This document shows, piece after piece, positions 57,301 to 64,000 of a DNA stretch of 64,000 nt. Source of the stretch: Acidobacteriota bacterium (lineage in GTDB: Bacteria; Acidobacteriota; Blastocatellia; Chloracidobacteriales; JADJPF01); assembly GCA_016213785.1 (NCBI GenBank), contig JACQZQ010000108.1:57270-121269 (forward strand), given 5' to 3'. The notes beneath the pieces are model-generated. The model worked only from the letters and a program-made list of their open reading frames with translations, searched no databases and was not told where the DNA came from. The position numbers and the translations under genes were made by a program. Numbering within the stretch: the first letter of the stretch is position 1; each line of letters starts with the position of its first letter.

Positions 57301-57508
57301 ATTTCCTATAGGAGGAGGTCGCCTTGCTTGTAGAGATGGTAGATTTTTTCTTACAGGCCATAATGAGTCATTTGAACTAGCTTTTACAGACCCTCACCAA
57401 TCAATGACTAATTATATTATCTCTAAAATAGCATCAATTAAATTTAGCTATGCAGCGCAGGTTTTACATACAGAGTTTCCAGATTTACGCTTCTTTACTC
57501 AGCTTTAG
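54356..57508 (+). CDS. Large hypothetical protein (1050 aa), no motif recognised
   Basis: A 3.15-kb uninterrupted frame in AT-rich DNA. Mostly helical-looking, with no TM helix or signal peptide seen. Confidence 0.65.
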   Translation: MTTNDNDAFFLFDLDTGRTANVPSQQLEWANRVFAEPVQTASLLNLSALELPQIDIPTEASLYTQLQNRDSEIGVMLLELRKNDLREALQTIREALIKRERDCSVGRNRLEALEKINASEPNPQLRYPQQTFDDIKAQIATDKKEMAYLQQWNASLSALEHTLKVFDENSNRASRVNEQLVRLIGQGFRGQARLRAFAGHFRDASKKRLPSLKNYSHGKDFSGYLLSVGENISPIAIDARTGAYLRHLLETISLLAELSTEFLRNCTSIPVGHWKPLLSLVRAIVEFFYICNFELPHFYINLAVDAQDPNKIWHFDSADNQWKDGKDDPTSNKYLKRLGVETALLLADNSALLKCRSADELNRFLKIAAPSNSNAPETINLCPYRSCGLAEYDDNNQKLKVTTAFNTIGVLLEQLIKDNPSCLRIASSPLGNTLNTLVGMAELDPQAFGLDSNLAVLKESERFRLLSDFWKIIGRWRAIAMLGDDYAKRVTKGMEAIGQPGPEHPTFLSVVLKPTMVKMAVDEGDELIDPFSALMLADQVRLLEMLNISWTIAEDFLDRLKDVHSLGKLKRIVEGLPQLGATAQGSLQKRFNPKWMQASSWIWSVLRSCAPSLWDFWSKINSEQLWDEYANAPTMQAFTKLLRLFCEIGRLVLLIEASGSGIAERLQFTVDKASQGILSGVQAYLEGSSMPVPLAEVVNYYYDPEIKFDTSIAFVSSFHNYLKQLTIDLKAINATESHVKGVIAILRQLDLLYPPSVIVKETPEPEVLVTPPSISNPELVGAITEKDAELFSRVFFDLLGQTEQDTNCFLKILSMLARKETLDFIYTSDRIQETIKIILPKPEQKVLLLSFPNTTKNFFTYLQSIDSSKGKIDQEQWDTLKNRAGEYFEQLKEFVESLSNLTNHLPRILPLDKEVLNNFIKATAPANRDLPFLMLFACDHLIMDICTNNAERLYQMESALGKLRAYLREQMGAEFQEPSIELFPIGGGRLACRDGRFFLTGHNESFELAFTDPHQSMTNYIISKIASIKFSYAAQVLHTEFPDLRFFTQL

Positions 57509-57561
57509 GTTGTTTTAAATAAAGATTAAAAACAAGTATTCCAAAGAATAAGGATTTTTTG

Positions 57562-58392
57562 ATGGACTTATTACATAAAGAAATAAAGGAAAAAATATTT
57601 GTAGAAAAACAGCTTTTTCTTATTGCTGGCCCTTGTGTTATAGAAAGCCAAGAGCATGCAATAAAAATGGCTCGTGAGATAAAAGCAATTACCGATAGGC
57701 TAAAGATTTGCTATATTTTCAAGGCTTCTTATGATAAAGCAAATCGTACTTCTATAAACTCATTTCGTGGGTTAGGACTTGAGGAAGGTTTACGAATATT
57801 AAAACTTATTCGTGATGAGTTTAGCTTACCAATATTAACCGATGTTCATGAAGTCGCACAGATAGAATCTGTAGCAGAAGTAGTTGATATTCTTCAAATT
57901 CCAGCCTTTTTATGTCGCCAAACTGATTTACTTATAGAAGCAGCAAAAAGTCAAAAAATAGTTAATGTTAAAAAAGGTCAATTTTTAGCACCTTGGGATA
58001 TGAAAAACGTTGTAGAAAAAATAAAAGCTGCTGGTAATGCTTATTCTATCTTAACTGAAAGAGGTGCAAGTTTTGGTTATAATAACTTAGTAGTAGATAT
58101 GAGGTCTTTTCCAATTATGCGTAAGTTTGGTCAACCTGTAGTTTTTGATATAACTCACTCCTTACAACGCCCAGGTGGTCTAGGCAACGCTACTGGAGGG
58201 GATTCGGAGTTTATTGAAAATCTAGCTCGTGCTGGTGTTGGGTGTGGGGTAGATGGTCTTTTTATGGAAGTGCATGATAATCCTGCTTTAGCTTTAAGTG
58301 ATGGCCCTAATGCACTTGCTTTAGATCGTCTAGAAAACTTATTAAGTATGCTCAAAAAAATAGACTCTCTTGTTAGAAGCCAAACATCATAG
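57562..58392 (+). CDS. kdsA: 3-deoxy-8-phosphooctulonate (KDO-8-P) synthase
   Basis: LIAGPCVIES, KASYDKANRTS, GLGLEEGL, DVHE, LQIPAFLCRQTDL, VFDITHSLQ. The track start is TTG 57559. The adjacent ATG 57562 is preferred. Confidence 0.92.
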   Translation: MDLLHKEIKEKIFVEKQLFLIAGPCVIESQEHAIKMAREIKAITDRLKICYIFKASYDKANRTSINSFRGLGLEEGLRILKLIRDEFSLPILTDVHEVAQIESVAEVVDILQIPAFLCRQTDLLIEAAKSQKIVNVKKGQFLAPWDMKNVVEKIKAAGNAYSILTERGASFGYNNLVVDMRSFPIMRKFGQPVVFDITHSLQRPGGLGNATGGDSEFIENLARAGVGCGVDGLFMEVHDNPALALSDGPNALALDRLENLLSMLKKIDSLVRSQTS

Positions 58393-58471
58393 GTATTAGA
58401 AACAATTTCCAGAAATTTTTATTCAATATAAAATGCCTAAGAAAATAGTAAGAAATAAAGAGGTGTAAATA

Positions 58472-60769
58472 ATGCGGTTGCGTATATTATTTTTGTCTGC
58501 TTTACTAGCAGTTTTCCTAGCAGCTAATAATACAAAAGCACAAGATTACGATATACAGCGTTTTGATGCTAATGTCCAACTTCAACCCACCAACAACTTA
58601 GCACAAATTCAAGCTAAATTAACAGTAACTAATAATACTACTCAAGGCCGAAGTGGAGCATTTATCAACTTTAAGCTTAATAAACGGGCAAAAGTTACAA
58701 ATGCACAAATTGATGGGGCAACGGTTGAAGTACGCTCAAAAGCAGATGAGAGATTAACTGAGTTAAATAATATCTCTTTAGATTTTCCTAAAGCTTTAGC
58801 TCCAGGAGCATCAGCAACTATAAATTTAACTTACTCCATAGAGATAAAGGAAAGCTCATCAATTGGGGCAATTGTTCCTAATAACACAGTACTTTTACCT
58901 GAAAGTTTTTGGCTGCCATTTGTTCATACTCCTTTTGCCATCACATATGGAGTTGATTTTGCACCAGTAAATTTACAAATTACCACTAGCGAAAATGAGC
59001 GTCCTCAATCAGATGGGACACGTCGTGTTTCAGCTAATACATTTACTTTTGAACAAACAATACCAACTCAGCCTATTTTACTTTCTGGAAATTATGATGA
59101 GCCTTTAGAAATAAAGGGGCGAGATATTACAGTAGAATTTCTTTATCCTCGAGGTTTAACGGGTAATGCTCGCAAACAGGCTGAAGCATTGACTAAAGAA
59201 ATGCAGGAAGTCTTAGATTTTTATAGCCAATTGCTAGGAGTTACACTCCCAAAACAATTTCGTGTTATAAGTTCATCACAAGTAGGCTCTTATGCAACAG
59301 GGACTACTCTAATATTAAGTGAAGATTTTTTCCGACGAGATGCTATAGATTTAGAAACAATTGAATTTCTTGCTCGTGCTTTACTAAAAAACAAAATTGG
59401 TGGTGAAATTGCCCCTCGTGGTCGTGGCTGGACAGTTATGCAAGATGCATTACCTGTTTATCTAGCTGGGCTTTATTTTGAAAAACGTTTTGGCGCAGTT
59501 GGTGGACAAGAATTTTTTGCTCGTCGTTTACGTGCTTATGCTCCAACAGCTGCTACTAAAAACGATGGGGCACTTTTAGGCATTTCTCCTATAGATAATT
59601 CTTACTCCACAAGTATGTTTAATAAAGCTCCTTTAATGTTTCGCATTATTGAGCAGCAACTTGGCAAGGATAAACTGATACTTTTAATCAAAGATTTACT
59701 TAATAGCAAAAATCGCCAAATACGTTTTGATGATTTCCGTAAAGTAGCAACTACAGCTAATAAAGATTTAGAACTATTTTTTGATCAATGGTTTGAGAAA
59801 ATAATTGACCCTGATTTTATTATTGGAGTTCCTGTTGCTACAGATGGCGGTCAGGTTTGTGCCTTACGTAATTTAGGGACAGGTAGTGTTCAAGTAAAAG
59901 CACTTGCAACAACAGAAAAAGGAGAAAAACTTACTCAAACAGTTCTCTTGCCTTCTCAAGGACGTTCAGAAGCTATTTTTAAGACAACAGAAAAAATTAT
60001 CTCGGTTGAAGTTGATCCAGATAAACTTTATCCACAAACTAATTTTGATAATGATTCTCGTCCAGTTATAACTTCAGCTATCACACTATTTAAGGATGCT
60101 AACATTTTATTTAATAGGCGTTCTTTTTCTGAAGCAGAAGCAAAAATTAAAGAAGCGCTACAACGTGAGCCTAATAACATAGTCTTACGTACTTTATTTG
60201 CACGTAATTTATTTGGTTTAAATAAATTTAGCGAAGCTAAAGCAGAAATAGATACTATAATAGGTTCTGGAGTGCTTCCAATTTACTCTATTACTTGGGT
60301 AAATTATCTATTGGGAGAATTAGCGTTAAATCAAAAAAATCCTAAAGACGCTGTTGATTATCTACGGCGTGCAATTACAGCAAGCAAAGATAATACTTTT
60401 ATTAGAAACAAACTTATAGATACAGAACAAGCGGCTAATCAAATTCCTGGTTCAGAAGAATCAGTAAAAAGCTTTATGGTACAGTTAGATAAAGCTATTA
60501 AAGACTCTACTCCACAAGCACTAGAGACTGTAATTTTAAGAGCTAACTTAAATAAATTTGTTAAAGGGCTTATAGGAAATAAACCTGAAAGTTGGTCAAC
60601 AGAAATTCTTAGAATAGAAACTATTTCTGCCAATAAAGTTGCAGTTGATGTTATTGTTACAGCTGTGGATATAAGTAAACGTGAACAAAGCGGAGAAGCA
60701 CTCTATATTCTACAACGCAGTAACAATAGCTGGATTTTAGCTAGCGTAGAATTCTTTAATATTGAATAA
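58472..60769 (+). CDS. Secreted M1-aminopeptidase-like protein lacking the HExxH zinc motif, with C-terminal TPR-like region (765 aa)
   Basis: Signal peptide MRLRILFLSALLAVFLAANNTKA. The domain order resembles the M1 family (YDIQRFDANVQL..., FWLPFVHTPFA, EVLDFYSQLLG), but IEFLARALLKNKIGG stands where HExxH is expected. The family assignment is by eye only. Confidence 0.55.
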   Translation: MRLRILFLSALLAVFLAANNTKAQDYDIQRFDANVQLQPTNNLAQIQAKLTVTNNTTQGRSGAFINFKLNKRAKVTNAQIDGATVEVRSKADERLTELNNISLDFPKALAPGASATINLTYSIEIKESSSIGAIVPNNTVLLPESFWLPFVHTPFAITYGVDFAPVNLQITTSENERPQSDGTRRVSANTFTFEQTIPTQPILLSGNYDEPLEIKGRDITVEFLYPRGLTGNARKQAEALTKEMQEVLDFYSQLLGVTLPKQFRVISSSQVGSYATGTTLILSEDFFRRDAIDLETIEFLARALLKNKIGGEIAPRGRGWTVMQDALPVYLAGLYFEKRFGAVGGQEFFARRLRAYAPTAATKNDGALLGISPIDNSYSTSMFNKAPLMFRIIEQQLGKDKLILLIKDLLNSKNRQIRFDDFRKVATTANKDLELFFDQWFEKIIDPDFIIGVPVATDGGQVCALRNLGTGSVQVKALATTEKGEKLTQTVLLPSQGRSEAIFKTTEKIISVEVDPDKLYPQTNFDNDSRPVITSAITLFKDANILFNRRSFSEAEAKIKEALQREPNNIVLRTLFARNLFGLNKFSEAKAEIDTIIGSGVLPIYSITWVNYLLGELALNQKNPKDAVDYLRRAITASKDNTFIRNKLIDTEQAANQIPGSEESVKSFMVQLDKAIKDSTPQALETVILRANLNKFVKGLIGNKPESWSTEILRIETISANKVAVDVIVTAVDISKREQSGEALYILQRSNNSWILASVEFFNIE

Positions 60770-60786
60770 CATTCTAGGGTAGAATT

Positions 60787-61611
60787 ATGAAAAGTTTATT
60801 TTTTCTATTGTGTGTTTATTTAGTTTTATTTGCCCCAACTAAATTACTAGCTCAGCAAAACCCCACTGTAGATCAAGTTCTTGATACTTATGTTAAGGCA
60901 CTTGGAGGAAAAGAGGCATTAGAGAAAATTACCTCTCGTACATCAAAAGGTGTTTATAAAATTCCATCTACAGGAGTTAATGTCCCTTTAGAAGTTTATG
61001 CTAAAGCCCCTAATAGTATTATGTTAAAGATAAATATTTCTAAGGCTGAAAGTATTCAAAGGGTTTTTAATGGAACTCAACAAGAGGCTTGGGCAAGAGA
61101 TATAAATCTTGATGAAGTTCGCCCTATTACAGGCTCAGAGCTATCACTCTTAAAAACAAAAGCTGATTTTTATTGGGCAACAAAACTAAAAGCTCTATAT
61201 CCTAAACTTACTTTTAAGGAAAAGAAAACCATAGAAATTCCTCTAATTAACCAATCAAAAGACAAAAAAGAAGTCTATATTTTAGAGTCTAAAGAAGAAA
61301 AAAGACCTGTAGAGACTTTTTATTTTGATACTAAAACAGGATTATTACTTTTATATGAGGTAGATACAGAAATTTTTGTTGCTGAAAAAAAACAAGTAAC
61401 TCAAAATGGCAATACTTATACAGATTATTTTCCTGATAAACAAACCATTCCTATAGAAATTTACTATGAAAACTATAAAGAAATCGATGGAGTTAAAGTT
61501 CCTATGGTTACTCGCCAATCTATTTCAAATAATAGTATAATCATAGAGTTAACATCAGTAGAACATAATAAACCTATTGATGATAAACTTTTTGCTAAAC
61601 CAGCAAAGTAA
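60787..61611 (+). CDS. Secreted hypothetical protein (274 aa)
   Basis: Signal peptide MKSLFFLLCVYLVLFAPTKLLA. Beta-rich sequence. Lies 17 nt downstream of the M1-like gene. Confidence 0.6.
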   Translation: MKSLFFLLCVYLVLFAPTKLLAQQNPTVDQVLDTYVKALGGKEALEKITSRTSKGVYKIPSTGVNVPLEVYAKAPNSIMLKINISKAESIQRVFNGTQQEAWARDINLDEVRPITGSELSLLKTKADFYWATKLKALYPKLTFKEKKTIEIPLINQSKDKKEVYILESKEEKRPVETFYFDTKTGLLLLYEVDTEIFVAEKKQVTQNGNTYTDYFPDKQTIPIEIYYENYKEIDGVKVPMVTRQSISNNSIIIELTSVEHNKPIDDKLFAKPAK

Positions 61612-61645
61612 CCAAAACACATAATTAAATCTTCAATGATGTATT

Positions 61646-61945
61646 TTAAGATTTATTTTCTTTTGGCTCTGGTTTAGCTTCTAAAGAGCCAAATATTTTC
61701 TTGAAAAACCATTGAACACCAACAAGTAAATAGACTGGGTTAGAAAAAAACGCTGGCATATTTCCTTCAAAAGCATGCCCAATAAATTGAAGTATCCAAC
61801 CAAAAACAAATAAACCAACGCCTATTTTCCAGTTAAAAAACACCACAACCAAAGAAATAACTATCATAGGAATACCAATGCTATGAGTTAATTTATTCAT
61901 TGGGTGTTGATGTTTAGCTTTATATTCTTCTATAAATGAGGCCAT
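61646..61945 (-). CDS. DUF962 (Mpo1-like) small membrane protein
   Basis: HQHPMNKLTHSIGIPMIV...GWILQFIGHAFEGNMPAFF. 99 aa. Confidence 0.7.
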   Translation of the reverse strand: MASFIEEYKAKHQHPMNKLTHSIGIPMIVISLVVVFFNWKIGVGLFVFGWILQFIGHAFEGNMPAFFSNPVYLLVGVQWFFKKIFGSLEAKPEPKENKS

Positions 61946-62062
61946 AAATTATAGTGTTCCTTGTGTTTGTATTAAGTTATTTATATTGGTAAGAATAAAA
62001 GTTTAGACATTCTAAGTATAAGAAATAACCTAATACTTGTGCAACAATTCCAAGCATTTGTT

Positions 62063-63523
62063 TTAGTAAGTAGGAAAATCATTATCTAAGGCTAAGACTT
62101 GGTTAAGTTGTATTTTATTCCCATTTTCATCAACCCCTGAGCAGTTATAAATAATTTGCCCATACCAATCTTCAATACAACGACCTGTCATTCTAACCGC
62201 CATACGAAAATGAAGTGAAGCATTTGCATCAAGTTCATCACCTAAAAGCCCTGAAACAACACTACTACTACCTGAATAGCTAGTTTTACGTGCCGTAGTG
62301 TAATTCCATTTAACTCTAATTCCATTTATTTCTTTAACTACAAGATCAAACTGATAAACATAACCATTAGGTGTTTGAAGTCGTGATTTATTGACTACTT
62401 TAGCTATAACTTTTGCTGCTTCTAGTTTAGGTGCTTGCTCAAGCGTAGGTCTTTCCCATCCTTTAGAACGCGCTACATTAGGCTCATTGGCTGGTAAAGT
62501 GGCAGGGTTATTAGATTCCTTACCAGGTTTTTCCTTAGAATTTACAATAGAAGGAATTGATTTTTTACTATCTATTTTACTATCTACTTTAGCTACTTCA
62601 TTTTTATTAATAGCCTTAGAAGGCATTTTGGCTTCTTTAGTAGAAAAGCTTTTACTTTCTTTTTTAGTTAACTTTTCTGTAAGTTTTTCTTTTGAAGAAA
62701 CTTTATTTTTAGAAGCCTCTGCTAAAGGTTTATTTTTTAATTCTTGGGCTATTTTATTTTCTACTCTAAGCTTACTATCTTGCTTATTTTCCTTATTTTC
62801 CCTACTTAAAAGCTTTAGGGAGTCTGTTTTAGCTTTAGGATATTCAATTTGTTGGATAATATCTTCTTTTACTGAGTTATTACGCTCTAAAGCAATTTCA
62901 GAGTTAGGTAAAGTCTCTAGCACGTCATTATCTTTTGCTTGGCTATCAGCAGAAACTCTAGGAACTTTAGGCCACTCAACAGCATAAGGAAAGCTATAAG
63001 CAGCAAAACCAGCAACAGAACAGACGACTATTAAAGCCAATGCTACAAGTAGTTTACGGTCAGCCGAAACCTGGTCAACAGCATATTGGCCTAAAGTATC
63101 AAAGGGCAAAACAGCAGGAGCAGTTAAATTTTTAGTTTCAGCAGCCTTTATCACTCCTTGTTGTGTAACTTGATTAGTTTCAATAGATTCATAAGGCAAG
63201 TTTTCTTCTAATTTATTTTCTGTGGCTCTTTGAGTAGAAAGATTACCAGTATTAACAATTTCTTCTAAAATAGAAGCTACAACAGGAGAAATATTTTCTT
63301 TACTAGAAGATTTATTAGAAAGTTTATTAGAAAATTTTATTGATTCGATTTTTGTAACAAGCTCTAAGTTATGCTCTGGGCATTTATCTATATTTTCTGG
63401 AAAAGTTAAAGAACATTCAGGGCAAGTTTTTTGTAAATTTTCTGCATCTAGTTTTGTACCATCACGAGTACAATACCTCATATGTTTTGCATAATCGCGT
63501 TTACAGACAGGGCAAGTTTTCAT
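62063..63523 (-). CDS. Double zinc-ribbon, single-pass membrane protein with Lys/Ser-rich linker and C-terminal globular domain (486 aa)
   Basis: CPVCKRDY...YCTRDG and CPECSLTF...KCPEHN. TM helix LLVALALIVVCSVAGFAAY. K/S/E-rich low-complexity tract. The C-terminal about 130 aa is unassigned. Confidence 0.65.
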   Translation of the reverse strand: MKTCPVCKRDYAKHMRYCTRDGTKLDAENLQKTCPECSLTFPENIDKCPEHNLELVTKIESIKFSNKLSNKSSSKENISPVVASILEEIVNTGNLSTQRATENKLEENLPYESIETNQVTQQGVIKAAETKNLTAPAVLPFDTLGQYAVDQVSADRKLLVALALIVVCSVAGFAAYSFPYAVEWPKVPRVSADSQAKDNDVLETLPNSEIALERNNSVKEDIIQQIEYPKAKTDSLKLLSRENKENKQDSKLRVENKIAQELKNKPLAEASKNKVSSKEKLTEKLTKKESKSFSTKEAKMPSKAINKNEVAKVDSKIDSKKSIPSIVNSKEKPGKESNNPATLPANEPNVARSKGWERPTLEQAPKLEAAKVIAKVVNKSRLQTPNGYVYQFDLVVKEINGIRVKWNYTTARKTSYSGSSSVVSGLLGDELDANASLHFRMAVRMTGRCIEDWYGQIIYNCSGVDENGNKIQLNQVLALDNDFPTY

Positions 63524-63728
63524 GCCAGACTCCTAAAATTTCTCTCTCTAATGTTGGTGGATAATATTTGATAGTCTTTGGCTAGCCAACAAAAATTGTG
63601 CCATAGAAAAACAACTTTACAAAAAGTTAAACTGTTTTTTTACTTATTTTTAGAGATTCTTAAGAATAGAACAAAGTTGCAAAAAAAAATTTTGCACCAA
63701 AAGGTGAGTTTATAAACCAAAACGTGTA

Positions 63729-64000
63729 CTAAATTTTGCTAGCAAGTTCTATAAGAATCTCATGAGGGGTGTTTATATAAATACCTGGACTAACACTTAT
63801 ATGTTGTTGGACTAAGCAATGTCGCTTAGCTAGAGTATCAAGCAAATCACTTAATAGTGATTGCTCATCATTAGATGCAAAACTTAAGTGCCCGATTTCC
63901 TGAACTCCTCTAGATAAGGAGCGTGGAAGCTTAGTAATTACTTCTCTAAGGAGTAACTTAATATTTTCTGTTTTTACACCTATAGGTAATTGTTTCCAAT
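63729..64000 (-). CDS. C-terminal fragment of an unidentified protein (the gene continues beyond the window end)
   Basis: The minus-strand frame is open from the window edge to TAG at 63731-63729 (...LPIGVKTENIKLLLREVITKLPRSLSRGVQEIGHLSFASNDEQSLLSDLLDTLAKRHCLVQQHISVSPGIYINTPHEILIELASKI*). No motif recognised. Confidence 0.5.
   Translation of the reverse strand, partial: WKQLPIGVKTENIKLLLREVITKLPRSLSRGVQEIGHLSFASNDEQSLLSDLLDTLAKRHCLVQQHISVSPGIYINTPHEILIELASKI

Noticed and set aside
62391-62987. 198-aa plus-strand ORF, the largest unexplained ORF in the track.
   Set aside because: It lies entirely antisense to the Lys/Ser/Glu-rich tract of the 486-aa gene. Its product is Leu/Ser/Phe low complexity, typical of a shadow frame, and there is no RBS.

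Overview
AT-rich (about one-third G+C by eye), gene-dense bacterial chromosomal window. I found no rRNA, tRNA, CRISPR array, transposase, integrase or prophage signature. Housekeeping anchors are infC (AUU start), rseP, groES-groEL behind a perfect CIRCE operator, add, coaE, folD, kdsA and an ECF sigma factor. Most other genes encode signalling or envelope proteins: a propeller/GAF histidine kinase cut by the window start, two Hanks-type Ser/Thr kinases (one STAND/TPR giant, one with a polytopic membrane sensor), FHA/cNMP/DUF4388, two M50 proteases, a BNR-repeat exoprotein and zinc-ribbon membrane proteins. GroEL and this domain repertoire look Acidobacteriota- or Myxococcota-like to me, but that is unverified. 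The best candidate for an undescribed system is a translationally coupled three-gene operon at 29752-32374: SAM methyltransferase, RNA-ligase-type nucleotidyltransferase, and an HD-like/P-loop kinase fusion. It reads as a split Pnkp/Hen1-like RNA repair or modification cassette whose HD domain has lost the HD dyad. Other items worth follow-up are a 2053-aa P-loop protein with a disordered tract of more than 1100 aa, a Cys-motif thioredoxin-like protein paired with a membrane-sensor kinase, a GATC-palindrome array upstream of a HARE-HTH gene, a duplicated hairpin element upstream of folD, three apparent pseudoenzymes, and several large orphan ORFs. All domain calls come from reading motifs by eye. 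No database search was run.
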